Shown here: positions 12,947-26,270 of the stretch, one piece after another
Position numbering within the stretch: position 1 is the first letter of the stretch
How the letters are laid out: each line of letters opens with the position of its first letter
DNA from: Eledone cirrhosa
Lineage: Eukaryota
Direction: 5' to 3'
DNA: 64,000 nt
NCBI GenBank assembly: GCA_964016885.1
Contig: OZ024740.1
Location: 309,070,001 to 309,134,000, forward strand
The notes under the pieces: generated by a model
The model's input: the letters and a program-made list of their open reading frames with translations, nothing else
Databases searched by the model: none
What the model was told of the DNA's origin: nothing
Position numbers and translations under genes: made by a program

Positions 12947-14088
12947 CAAGGTGGTATAAAAAAGTTCCTGGACCAGTTATGTTTAAAAAAATTATATATA
13001 TATTTATCTAAGTTTTAACATAATCTCCTTTGAAGTAGTCACCTTGCGCAGCAATGCACCGGTCCCAGCATTCCTGTCACTTTTGGAATCCAGACTGGAA
13101 GTCATTTTCTGTGAGTTGAGGACCTTCTGTGATTCACTTTGGATCTCAGCAATGATGTTAAGACAGCGACCTTTGAGCTGCATTTTCAGCTTGAAGAAGA
13201 GATGGAAGCCTGCAGGTGCTAAATCTGGCTAATAGGTGTGGCAGCAATACAATGTTGTTTTTGGTGAGAAACTCATGAGTGAGGAGAGCTTGGTGTTAGG
13301 CTGTATAGTCGTCATGAAGAATCCAATTCTTCACGCTCCACAGATCCGGTCACTTTCGCCCTCCCTCAAATGCTTCAAAACGTTGCAGTAGAATCTAGGG
13401 GACAAATTCTCAATATAAAATCTCAACTCCCATCACTGGAGATGATCCTCAACATGAAGGATGGGTCATCAATGGCACGCTGACGGAGATCTTGATAGAT
13501 TTTGACGTGATGTTCTTTCTACTCAGTGGTCAGCAGGTGGAGGACAAACTTGACAGTGACACGTCACATGTTGAATTCAAACGTTATGATTGTCTGCTCT
13601 AATCCATATGACAGACCAACAACATCAGCAATATTGTTGATTGTCCTCTGACGATCCTCGTGCACAAACTGATTAATTTTCTCCATATTTCCGGGAGTGA
13701 AGCTGGTGGCAGGTCTTCCAGATTGCTCGTCGTCTTCCAGGGACATTCTTCTGCTTTTGAAGCACTTGTGCCACTCGAAACATTGTGTATGACCCATTGC
13801 CTCATCGCTGTAAGCTTGCTGAAGCATGCTCAATGTCTCTGTAGCAGACTTGCCAAATTGAACGCCAAAAATCACATTGGCTCTTTGTTCCAACTTCCTG
13901 TTCATGACAAAATCGCAAGCTACAGCATACACGTGATCACAAAAACACAAATTTCACAACTTGCAAAGTGAACTCAGTGATGTCACTTGGTGCACTGGTA
14001 CATGGTTACTGCTAGTTTTCATTGCCCACACATTGCCATCTGTTGGCTTGCTACAGAACTAGTCCAGAAACCTTTTGATACCACCTTG
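12947..14088 (-). mobile_element. mariner (Tc1/mariner) DNA transposon with decayed transposase
   Basis: About 36-bp TIRs (caaggtggtataaaaaagttcctggaccagttatgt / acagaactagtccagaaaccttttgataccaccttg), TA on both sides (12945-46, 14089-90). ORF 13564-13950 gives the mariner HTH region (EQRANV..GKSATET..CFEWHK..LEDDEQSGRP). Downstream broken WILHDD and PDLAP motifs. Confidence 0.93.
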
Positions 14089-14302
14089 TACATGTGTATG
14101 TACATACACACATGCACATATATGATTTAGCTACCAATATATGGATTCACTGTTTTACAATTATATAGATGTAGGTGGTAAAGGAGTTCACATTGCAACC
14201 ACATGGCTTAGGGTTCAGTTTCTCCTCAAGGCACCTTGGGCAAGTGTCTACTATAGCTCTTTGTTGATCAATGCTTTTTTGAGTGAATTTTAAATATGGA
14301 CA

Positions 14303-14545
14303 ATAATGGTTTCTGATTTAGGCACATGGCCAACAATTTTGTCTGAGGGAGAAGGTCAATTTAATCAACCGCAGTGCATTAGTAGGATCTTATTTTATCG
14401 ACCCTGTGAAGATGAAATAATTGTTTCTACTTTTGGCACAAGCCAGCAATTCCCCAGTGTATTACTGGTACTTTATTTTATCGACCCAGTAAGGATGAAA
14501 GGCAAAGTTAACCGCGGCGGGATTTGAACTCAGAATGGCAAGGGC
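14303..14545 (-). mobile_element. SINE inserted at the edge of an older SINE fragment
   Basis: Young copy at about 14422-14542 with TSD gatgaaataat, next to a long-form 3' fragment at 14303-14412. Confidence 0.85.
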
Positions 14546-14639
14546 CGTAACTCAATGCGTCAAAGCATGGCGTCCGATCCTCTACTGATACTGCCAATCC
14601 ACCGATGAAATAATGATACATGTATTGAACCCAATCATT

Positions 14640-14968
14640 AATTGGCACATTGATTGATCAATGGACCCCCATCAGTTTCGATGAGTGTTCCAGTTGATTC
14701 TGTCAATAGAACAGCCTGCTCATGAAATTAACATGCAAGTGGCTGAGCATTCCACAGACATGTGTATCTTAAACAGAGATTCAGTATGATACAGTGTGTG
14801 TTGTGGCAGGCCCTTTGGATTACAGGTACAACACACTTTTCCAGCTGAGTCGACTGGAGCAACATGAAATAAATTGCGTTGCTCAAGGAGACAATGTATT
14901 GCTGGGAATTGAACTCATGACCTTACAATTATGAGCTGAACACCCTAACCATTATGCTATGTGCCTTT
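14640..14968 (-). mobile_element. tRNA-derived SINE with CORE/V-like ccttgagcaa..ttgctccagtc region
   Basis: On -: ggcacatagc..ggttagggtgttc..gagttcaattccc..ccttgagcaacgcaatttatttcatgttgctccagtcgactcagctgg; relatives at 44460-44830 and 57370-57735. Confidence 0.75.
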
Positions 14969-16294
14969 TCAATGATAATATAGTACTATCAGATAACCAG
15001 TAATTTTTAACTAATCACTATATAAATATCTATGTTTTGGACTTTTTGTGACTCTTTAATCTAGAATATTTACAATTTTATGCATTGGGAGTTGGTTGTT
15101 GCTATAATAATGTTGTCAGTTTTTAACATTTTCACAACAATAGTAGTTATAGTAACGAAAATAATTCTATTCATACAGAATATTTCTTTACTTGAGATTG
15201 ATTTGGAATTGGCTCTCAATACCTGACTAAATATGCTCAATTAAATCAAGCTTCACAATCAATTTGGGAACTCTTTTTACTAAATTGAATCAGACACACA
15301 ACTGAAAATGTTCTTTAAAATATTCTTTGAAATGTTAGCTATTATTTTATTATATTTTAATAGGAATTATGTGAGCTTTAATTATCTCTTTTATCATCAT
15401 TATCTTAATTAATCTGTTTTATGATCATCATCTTAGTCTCTTTCATCATCTTCATCGTCATCACCATCATCACCACCATCACCATTGCTTTATGTACAAT
15501 TTTCGATGCTGGTATGGGCTAGACAGAACTTTCAACTTATAAAAAAATGAAACAATTTTTATGAACTTGAAATAAATAAAATCAAGAAATAATAAAAATA
15601 AATAAATAAATATATAAATAAAAAAAAGTGGTTACTATGTGATACACTATTACCAATTTTATATGGTTGTAACCACAGAATATTGGTATTATGAGTGACT
15701 AAAAGTGGTAAGAAACTCTCAGGTGTGTTGGACAGCAGAAGGTCTTCAGAGAAGAAACTCCTCTCTTTCAGCCCTTATCTTCTTACACTCTGAGGGGGCT
15801 GGGCCGCACCCAGGTCATGACTCCTGGGTGCCCTTCTGCTGACATTTAGCCATTTGGATATCAGAGACTTGCTGTGTATTTAAACCATATGGAGATTTTA
15901 TTGACAGGATTCAGCTGGAACTCCTCTCTGTTGCCCCTCCTTTCAAACTTATATTTAAACACTTTCTTGAATTGGAAAAATAACGTTGGTAGTCATGGTA
16001 GTGGTGAAATGTCAACATCTGTGAGTAATTTTCCTTAGTGATTAAAAAAAAAATTGAATATGTAAATTTTCCCACTTACACCTGTACAATATTGTTTATA
16101 TATTTAAGGATTCTCTCATCTCTCAATACTTCGGTCAATATGGTAAAATTGATTGTTTACTGATGAGATCTAATAAGAACAAAACATGTTTGAATTGTCT
16201 CCTCTACTTATGGAAATGATATTGGTCATTGAGCTAATGGCTAATGTTGTTTTATCGTTATTGTTTTATTTTTTATTGAGCTTTTTATGCTCAC

Positions 16295-16634
16295 TACATA
16301 ATCTGACTTGTTGGCCCATCTGACCCATGCATGCATGGAAAATAGATGTTAAATGATGACGATGTTGGTAGTGCTGGCAACACAATAAGCACTATCCTAA
16401 CTATTGTTTTTCATGTAGATCTGTTAAGTGAGAGTGTTGGTGCCATGACAAAATGCACCCAATACATGCTGGAAAGTAGTCAGCATTAGGAAGGGCATCT
16501 ATCCATAGAAACCATGTCTAAATATAACGTATGAACAGGTCATCATAATCTGACTTGTTGGCTCATCTGACCCATGCAAGCATGGAAAATAGATGTTAAA
16601 TGATGACGATGTTGGTAGTGCTGGCAACACAATA
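16295..16634. repeat. local ~92-bp direct duplication of a SINE tail plus flank
   Basis: cataatctgacttgttgg..gacccatgc..gatgttaaatgatgacgatgttggtagtgctggcaacacaataa at about 16297-16388 and 16544-16635. Confidence 0.85.
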
Positions 16635-17959
16635 AAATTCTCCCAGTAGACACTGTAAAATGGTTGACATGGGGAAGAGCATCCAGCTGTAGAAACCATG
16701 CCCAAATGGTATGTATGAGAAAGGCAGTCATTTGACTCATCTAGTCTCAGAACATGACAGCAAATAACAGCAAAATTACGATGATGATGATGATAGCATT
16801 TACAAAATTTCCACTGGAGATTTATTGATTTTGTTCTAATTACCTGTTTGGTCGATAAAAAAGTACCAGTCAAGTACTGGGATCGATTCTTCTTCTATAC
16901 CTCTTTCTCACTTCCATTCTTTTCCTCTTTCTCCTTCTCTGGAAGAAATCTGCTGTACTTAGGCCTGGAGAAAAGATGAGCTCTGACAGGTTTTAAAAAA
17001 TGCCCTAGAAATGTCATATGTCAATACCGAGCACCCAACAGCTTCCTTAGGAGTTACGAGGTGGTGGTGGCACACTTCCTTACATACAAGGCACTTTTAA
17101 GTTATATTTCCTTTGATTTTACCCTGCCTGTTGAAAGTTAATTGAGATAGTGAAAGATGTATCATTAATCTACTACTTTTTCCACTCTTGGTTGCAGTTG
17201 TTGTTTAGTCCCTGGTCAACTTTGACTGAGCAGATTTATGATCAAAAGCATTCTAACTTTTATTTTCAGAACATTTTAGAACTACATAAATCTTTGAGGC
17301 AGGTGTCATGACCCAGTGTTTGATATTCTGTGAATCTGAGAAGTATTTGTAAATTTTCAACGTTTTATGAGTGTTTTAAGTCTTTTAACAATCATTTACC
17401 ATGTACGCACATATGGTATTTAACACAAAATATTAACTTACTGCACAGAATTAGATTTGGTACTACACAAGCAGGAGTCAACTGCACATTAAAATATTCA
17501 CAGGTATATTTGAACTTGCAACTCATGTTGTTTTTGTTGTAGTCCAAGGTTAACTTTGATTGAGCAGACTTATAATTAAAAGCATTCCAATTTTATCCAT
17601 TTTGTCTATATTTTAAGATGATTGGGTGTATGTTGAGGAAAATTTATCTGCTATTTCTTTCAGGTTAAGTGATCTTGTAGAGGCTGTCTTATTGGTTGTA
17701 GGTTACTAGTTTTTATTAGCTGGTGGTATTTTATGTTCTCAACTAGGTAATTTACCCTATATGTTTCTGTATAAATATCTGACAAAAAAAATCAATGGTA
17801 AAATGGGTTGACTTATATTCGAGGTCAATATTTTGACGATTTTCACCAACTTGAACTTCTACATAAATAAGGTGCTAAAATATCTGGAGTGATTATTTTA
17901 TAATGAAACTGTTTTTCTACTTTTTATAATTTGAACTTTTTAATACATAAATATCCCCT

Positions 17960-18158
<199 letters not shown>

Positions 18159-18389
18159 TACCAACTGTTTTTTTATGACTTAATTTTACTTTTACTTTCA
18201 ATCATACTTCTGTCTTGTATTTTATTATCCTTGCTGTCTCCCTCCCCAATCTACTCTGAATCCTTATACAATGTTCTCTTAGTCAATCTCTTTTTTTCAA
18301 CTATTCCCTATTCATTATGTCATCTTGCACATAGCTTTGACCCCCACCCCAGTAACTGGAAGTAAACAAAAATTCGAGAAACTTGTTGA

Positions 18390-18633
18390 AATGGTAAAAT
18401 AATCATTATGTAATGGAGTTGTGAACCAAAAACTATACACTAAATGACGCTTAAAACATTTTAAATATCAAAATATTAAAACTTCATGAATATTTCAAAA
18501 CTACAATCTAAACATAATGTGTTGATTAGCTGCTTGGACTTATACACAGAGTTTGGACTTTCGCCCATTTCTCAGACATAAAATAGTGGGTTACCTTATA
18601 TTCAAATCAACTTATATTTGAGTATACACAGTA
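18390..18633. mobile_element. Tigger/pogo-like MITE right end
   Basis: Ends cttatatttgagtatacacagta (Tigger-like terminal CAGTA); homologous to 8890-9100. Confidence 0.62.
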
Positions 18634-19324
18634 ATAAATCTAAGTGATGGAATAAGCACCCCCTTAGTGATGGAATAAGCACCCCCAATATTATATGCAC
18701 AATAAGCAGAAAGTATTCAATGTAGAGAGGTATAATTCATCTTTCATTTGCTGAATATCAATTTCTTGAATAAAACCACCACCATATAAGTCTCTTACTA
18801 AATGTGGTAATATAATTTTTATCAATTTGCTGTATGTTATACAGAATAAGAAAGCATCACACACACACAGACACATCTTTTTCTTAATTTTTTTTTTCTT
18901 TTTTAAAATCTGTCATTTTGATAGTCAATTCTTTTTAAAAGCATTATGAATCTTTACAATTTTTCTTCACTTTTACATTGCCTTATTTTTTCCACATAAT
19001 TAAATCTAGCCAAGAAATATAAGAATCTTGAGAGGGGTTACATCAATTTGTTTCTAAAATGAACATACATATACACACTGATTTCAAAGTTGTACAATGA
19101 AAGCTATTTCTATCTTGATACTTGAAATAAACTATTATGGTTGGAGAGGAAGAAAAATCTTTCCCTATGTAGCCTTGAAATTGAGTTAAATTTGCTTGGT
19201 CGGTTTGCAGTGCAGAAATAGAAAATAAGCGAACGTCTCTAAAATGTTCATGTCAGATCAATAATTTAAGCTCTGGTTTTAATATTAAGACAATTCTTAC
19301 TTTGTTAGTTAAAAGAAAAGTTAC

Positions 19325-19580
19325 AGTCTGTTCCAAACATGGAGACTCATCAGGCCAGTGCTTATCCCAGTTTCATTGACGCCAAGTGACGTAGAGTACA
19401 AGCCTCTCCCCACCACAAGATTAACTGCTAGTTGCTGCTAGTACTCACTTTCAGCTGAGTGAAATGCAGTAATGTGAAACGAAGTGTTTTGCTTAAAAAC
19501 ACAACACACCACTTGGTCCAAGAATCAAACCCACAACATTATGATCATAAGTGCTAGGTCACTAGGATACCAATTATGCC
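19325..19580 (-). mobile_element. V-domain-like tRNA SINE
   Basis: Reverse complement of the 21622-21903 family (gtactcactttcagctgagt..gtgttttgcttaaaaacacaacac). Confidence 0.65.
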
Positions 19581-19692
19581 ATAGAGAAAGTGGTAAACTT
19601 TCAGTCAGTCCAAATTTGCCACCAAGCATTGCATTTCATTCTGATATTCACTTCATATTAGAGATTCAGACAGGAATATTTCACTTCACTTA

Positions 19693-19865
19693 TAATTGTT
19701 TCTACGTTTGGCATAAGGCCAGCAATTACCCCAGTGCATTACTGGTGCTTTATTTTATCAACCCCATAAGGATGAAAGGCAAAGGTAACCGTGGCAGGAT
19801 TTGAACTCAGAACATAACTCTATGCTGCAAAGCATGGTGTCTGATGCTCTACCGATACTGCCAAT
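19693..19865 (-). mobile_element. tRNA-derived SINE, short subfamily
   Basis: Same head, core and tail as 1448-1636. Confidence 0.85.
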
Positions 19866-20091
19866 CGAGCTAATTTCTTTGGGTAGAGAATGTCTAGGAT
19901 CACATTTATCCCTAATAATTTGAGAACTTATGCCAATGCAAGAAATTATCATTTTTACAAAGTTCAAATCTTACTAAGGTTGGCTTTGCTTTTTCATTCT
20001 CCTAGGGTCAATAAACTAAAGTACTAGTCAAATACAGAGTTCAATATAATAGATTACACTCAGCCCTGAAATTTGATTCCTTGTGTTTTAT

Positions 20092-21990
20092 CATCATCAT
20101 CATCATCATCATTTTACATCTTTTTGTGCTTGCATGGGTTGGATGTGTTTTCTCCAGCACGGTGTCTCTCCACTTGTGTTCTTTCATCATCTCCTTTCTG
20201 GAGTTCTGTAATTTTGAGATCAGCTCTCACAATTATAATGAAGATTTTTCTTTGTCTTTCTTTTCTGCAGCTTCCTTTCACTGGCAGTGCTTGGCACCTC
20301 TTCACCCAACAATTATCACCCACATGCATTGTGTCCATACCAGCACAATTTTCTCTCCTGCACACATCTGATTCCTCTTATGTCTAGTTTCTATATAAGA
20401 AGTTATTATCATTTTGATTAAATCAACCTTCACTCCAGCACTGATTTGATCAACTAGTATGATTCTATCAACCTTTTAGTGAAAGGAAAAATGGTAATGT
20501 GAACCTGATCAGGATTTGAACTTTGAACATAAAGAGAAGTAACCAAAATACCACAAGATATTTATTTCATTACTTTTCCTTTTCTGCACTCACCTGGATA
20601 TCAATACAATATATACATGACAATTTTCATAGGTGTGCCACTGGCATTCTTCTATACACATGAAGCACATCTCCATTTGTATATGTACATGTGAATATCA
20701 GCTTATCAGCTTCCATGCACACACAATAATACATATACAATAACCCTTCATATAAAGTCCCACAACACATGCACAGCAACTACTTTTGCACTGTCCACTA
20801 TAAACAAACATATACACAATAACCCTTCAAATAAAGTCACTGTCCAACAAACATCATTACCTTCCAATACATTTTTTCTACCTCCTTTGATGTTTATCTC
20901 CCATTTCATAACTTTTCAACAATCTAGCTTCAATCTGATTTATTCATTTTACAAGATGGTTGATTAACAACAATTTATACTTTCTCTCCTATGTACCCTT
21001 TTCTTTGAAGGAGATACCCTTTCTAGCTAGTAGTGATAGTAGTTCCCTGATTTTTTCCAACCAGTCTTTACTCTGGCTACCGTACTTTCAGAACACTCAA
21101 TTTTACTGCTAATTTGGACCCAGAAACTGTCGACTATTTCTAGGGAGCCTTTTGAACATTTGATAGGGTTGGTTTCCTGTGTGCTTTTATTGCTTACTGT
21201 TCTTGTGCATTGGCTACATTCTTTTTTAGTCTGCCTTCGATCCCACAGCATCTTTTGTGCACCCAAAGCTTATATTTTGTACATAAAATAGAATTTCTGC
21301 CTACTACTTTCTTGCATATGAGCAAGGCCATTTCTGTGAAGGAATCAGGGACTTGTTTTCTGTTTTACTTATTAGGACTTTGGTGTTTGCTAGGTTGCCT
21401 CTGAAGCCTTTTGATTCCAGGTTTTACTTCCATGCCTGGAATTTCTTCTTTAGTTCTGTTGCAGTTTCAGCTATGAGGTCTATCAACTTGATTGCTCTGT
21501 AGTTTCTCTGTTTAGTGCATATCCTTTGCCCCTGTAGCAGTTGATGATGATGTTGCTATGCCAGTCATTAAGTATGATGTCATCCTGTATTACTTCATTT
21601 ACTATGTGTAATTAGTGAGTGGTGGAGGCGCGTCACCTAGTGATAAGGATGTTGGATTTATGATCATAATGTTGTGTTTTTGTTTCCTGGGCTGGGTTGT
21701 GTGTTGTGTTCTTGAAAAAACACTTTATTTCATGTTGCTCCAATATACTCAACTGAAAATGAGTACCAGCAGTAGCTGGGGGTTAACTCTGTGATGGACT
21801 GGCGTCCTGTCCAGAGGAAAGTCTTGTACTGTCAGTCGCTTCACACCATGAAACTGGGATAAGTACTGACCTGACAAGCCTCCTGGCTTGAGACAGACTT
21901 TAGTTAGTGAGTGCCCTATCCAACCAGATGCTTTTAGCATCTCAGCTACTGTCCCTGTTGGACCTGCTTCATATCCTTTGGACCTGCTGC
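20092..21990 (-). mobile_element. fragmented RTE LINE pieces (3' end 20092-20390; RT/zinc-finger 20930-21610; continuation 21914-21990)
   Basis: Homology to 61310-63610: WVKRCQALPVKGSCRKER, LEIVDSF..CSESTVARVKTGWKK and AGPTGTVAEMLKASG. Confidence 0.75.
21622..21903 (+). mobile_element. V-domain-like tRNA SINE nested in RTE fragment
   Basis: tRNA-like head gtggaggcgcgtcacctagtg; ctgtgatggactggcgtcctgtccagagg (V-SINE-like domain); 10-bp TSD ttagtgagtg at 21612-21621 and 21904-21913. Confidence 0.78.
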
Positions 21991-23259
21991 TTTGCCTGTC
22001 TTTATACATAAACAATATACATATAAATTAAATTGTACACAGTTTTAGCTTTCTCCAACTTACTATTTTCTTCATTCAAATACACATTTAAAAGCAATCT
22101 TAAAAGTTCAAACAATATGTACTTAAGAAAGGTCTTCCTGTTTTTCTTGATCTGGTGCCAACTAAACTGTATTTTAGTGAATAGAATTAAAGTAAATATC
22201 ATAAAGAGCTAAACCAAAAATATTATAAATTAGTAGGCCATTAAAAATTTATAGAACAATTACTGCAGTACATTTGCTCAATATATTCAGATTTCTACAA
22301 ATGTTATTGGTCTCTGATGTGAAATTATTTTAACCCTCTTGTTACCATATTTTTAATGAAAGACACTGCTTATGATTTTTGAATTATTTTGAAAGTAATC
22401 AAGAATTTGGAAAGTTTTAGTAATATAACTAACTTTCTCATTATTAAGCTGGTATTTGGAGCATAATTTGACAAAGGTTCTTGCATAAAATCATGATAAA
22501 ATGCACAGTACTCTCTGTATAAGCGAGATGAGATACTGACCTACTTGAGAGATCAGTGGCTTTGTTTAAGTACTGATTTGGTCTGTGATGACCAGTCCAA
22601 ACCTTGCTTGCAGGGAAATGATGATGATGATTATAAACACTTTAAAATAAACTGCTTAGTATTGCAGAATTAGGAAAGTTTCAGGAGGCTTTGTATCAAA
22701 ACTAAGCCTCTTATATACAGCTTGTTTGACATGTGCTTAATTATGTTTTTCTTTTTCAAAAATTTTTCGATTAAAATTAATATAAAAAAAAAAATAATAA
22801 CAAAAAATCCACACTTGTTATAATGAGTATTTATCACAATAACACTTTCCTGCTAGATTCTTATTTTGAAAACTTCTAAAGTGAAAATACAGTAGATGTT
22901 TTTGAAAAATATAATCAAAAAGCAATATTTGGAATCCATGCCTGATATTGAGCTTTCAGTTAATTAATTAGATATTGAAAAAGAGAAAAAAAAACAAAAC
23001 ATATTTCATAATGAAGTGGAATATTAAGTCACTGTTTCAATAATTTAAAAAATTTTTCTTTTTACTATTTTCCACATAATCCTAGTTAAGATGGCCAGAT
23101 TTCTAATCAAATAGATAGTCCATGTTTCTATACATTTAAAAAATATAATATTTGCTGGGATTTAGTAATAATGCCAATTTTTTTATTATAATTCTGCTGT
23201 TTGGGATATAATTTAACACGTTTCTTACATGATATTATGATGGAAGGTTCTCTTCAATT

Positions 23260-23700
23260 TGGTATTCGTTCCAAGCCTTACTTATTGTCATGAAACTTGA
23301 GTAATGACCGAAAGAATAAAATTGCAGATACAAGTGGCTGAAATGGTGTTCCTCCGAGGTGTCTTTGGAGTAATGTTACTCGATAGAATGCGTAGCTTGG
23401 AGATCAAAGCGTCACTCCAGGTAGAGCCACTACTTCTCTGAATTGAGAGATCACAGCTCTGATACTGTGGGCATGTGGTTAGAATGTCTCAGGAAAGAAT
23501 CGCTGGACAGATTTTACAGGCAAAATGAACCGGTGGGAGAGCCAAGCGTAGACCCTGAGCAAGATGGTTGGATAACATCCATGAGCTTGGCTTGTCTCAC
23601 TTAGGGTTCCAGCCGGATCAGTTGGAGACCTGCTGGAAGGTGTGTTTGAGGACTCTACCCTCACAACTCTCTCAGGAATAAATGGCCGAAGAAAAAGAAT
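23260..23700 (+). mobile_element. RTE (BovB-like) LINE 3' fragment
   Basis: Translates with stops to VFVPSLTYCHET*VMTERIKLQIQVAEMVFLR..IERSQL*YCGHVVRMSQER; GAA-rich end. Confidence 0.85.
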
Positions 23701-23930
23701 TACAGTATGATAATTTTTATTATTACCTCTTTCATGAAGCACATCCATTCATTGTCTTTCTGTTTCATCTTTCTAATGACTCTTGTGGTAAATATCCCCT
23801 CCCTCCGAACAAAAATCCAACACTCTAGAAAAACAAAAAGCAAAACAAAATAATTATTATTACTTTCCTTAGAGTGGTCAGTTGACACCAAAACTGAAGA
23901 GCACCAAATTTGATGCTTTACAAACGGTAT

Positions 23931-24170
23931 TTAACCCTTTCATGACTGCATTTCTAATGAAATATACTCTATTTTAATTAATTAATGAAGAATTTTGAGT
24001 GATTTACTAAAATTATTAATTATTTAATTATTAAGATTGTAATTTAATCTAAGGTTCTTATATAAAATTATGTTGAAACATTTTAATTTAAATTGGAAAC
24101 TTTGAAAATGAGTGATTTCATTTCATAGAATCAGAGCTGGTTTTGGCTGGGTTGGTAACTAAAGGGTTAA
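23931..24170. mobile_element. piggyBac-like MITE (family A, 240 bp)
   Basis: TTAA-CCCTTT ... AAAGGG-TTAA termini. Confidence 0.78.
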
Positions 24171-24669
24171 TTTTTTAACTTTCTTCTCCTGAGTTTCAAT
24201 CACCTGAAACCACCTGTTTTTATGCTACAAAACCTTCCATCATCAGATTAATATAAGGACCTGTGTTAGGTTATCCCTCCAAACACTATCTTAATAATAA
24301 GAAAGTTAGTTATATTTCTAAGTCCCTTGAAAAAGGTTGAATATTTTCAAAAATATTTGACAATCATAGGCAATGTATTTCATGAGATATATGCTAATCA
24401 GTACTGCTATAACAATGGTGTTGTTGATGTTCAACTTACTACACCATCCCTACAACAAAATTTGGGCTTGTGCGTATGTAAAAAAAACAAGCAAACAGAT
24501 AAACAAAAAAACAATCATTATTGTCTTCTTTTTGTCAACTACATTGCTGTCCAGTGTTCAAGTGACACTCCGAAATTCTCAGATAGTTGCTATTCAAATA
24601 TTTCCTATTGTTCTTTTTGTATAACCAGTACTTATTAAATATATAAGATCTGGGCGTTGTTAAGCTATG

Positions 24670-24707
<38 letters not shown>

Positions 24708-25449
24708 GTTTAATTTTATTTCCTTAGTGTAATTACATTTTATTTCCTTAGTGTAATTACACGTATATGTATACGCTATTGGGGAGTTTGATACAAATAA
24801 CAAGGAACTGTTTATATAAAATTCAAAGAATAATTTATAAATGTCTACTATTGCACATACATACGGAATATTTAGTCATTGTTATTGCAGGCTGGAAGTA
24901 TGTTGGCAATTTCCCAAAGAATCAAGTGTTTCCAATTTCTAATTGAAGTCATTTCGCTTCCCATAGTTTGCTAGTGTCTTTTTGATAATCCCAATGTATC
25001 TACTGTTATTAAGATTGACGAAATTATAATCATTTTGAAAAGAGATTGTGTTTTGTTTCCTTTGAAAATAAATAAATATGAGCATTTAGCATCCAATACA
25101 GAGACTTCAGGTGGCATGAAGTTTGGGTCTATGTAGTGGCTGCTGTCCACTAATTTCTGTCTAAGGCTATTTTAACTGATTTTCTATAGCAATGTCTATA
25201 TGAATATTATTATCATCATCATCATTTTACGTTCATTCTTCCACACTAGCATGGGTTAGACGTATATATATATATATATATATATATAGTGAAAGATTGA
25301 AGAATAACATGGTCAGCTGTACAAAAAGGGTTTTATTTCAAGTATTAACAATTGTTTCATTGATCAGGTGAGTCTAAAGGCCGCTAATCACTCGAAGTTG
25401 CATCACTCGACCTTAAATACAGTGTTTACCTCTGATCAAATCATTGTTG

Positions 25450-26270
25450 GATTTCTTTGTTGGATTCCTTCAAGCTCTGTGGTTGGTTTGACACTGGGGC
25501 TCCACAGCTGGGAGCAATAGTCCAGTCAGGTTAGGACAAATGTCCTCCATAGTACCAGAATGATTTTTTGGTCACTTGTCTTGAAAGTCCTCAAGATCCA
25601 GCAAGCAAGTCATCTGCACATTGTCTCCATTTTCATGATGCATCATTGCTCATGTCTATACTCAGGTCTTGTATTGATTTCAACATGGGATTTCAATCCC
25701 TCCTGATCCGGTGTAGCTTTGTTATACTATTTTTGTGTTTGCCAGTTGATATCGTAGGGCTTGAAATTTTCCAGCATAAAATTGCTTATTGTTGTCATCA
25801 GCCCATTTGTATATGGCATCCAGATCTTGTAAAAGAGTAGCATTAGCTGTCTTCTTGACTGCCTGTGCTACTTTTGTGTCATCAGCATAGCTAATGAGGG
25901 ATGTTGTATGTACTATAGAGGGCATGTCTGAAAGAGCCACCAAAAATACTACTGGTCCCAAGACCCTGGGGCACCCCACTTGTTATTAATGTTTCCTTTG
26001 AGAGGTTCCTGTTGGTTGCAACAGTTTGGCTCTTGTCTTTTAAGAAGTCATGAAGCCATTCACCTAATTTTCCAACTATGCTGAATCTGTAGTTTGTGAC
26101 ATATCACTCCTTGGTCAACCTTGTCAAAAGCCTTCACAAAGTCAAGATATATCACATCCACGTTTGAGTATTCTAGCAGCTATTTCAGTATCCAGTCATA
26201 GTGTTGTAAAAGCTGTGTAAGGCAGCTTCTTTCCAGGCGAAAGCCATGCTGGGTGTTAGTTAGGAGGTCA
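25450..26270 (-). mobile_element. decayed CR1-like LINE RT fragment
   Basis: QHGFRLERSCLTQLL, DVIYLDFVKAFDKVD and SLISYADDTKV motifs on -. Confidence 0.88.

Noticed and set aside
15806-15831. 9-bp GC-rich hairpin gcacccagg/cctgggtgc as a terminator or ribozyme part
   Set aside because: Single short stem with no supporting core motifs; likely part of a retroelement remnant.
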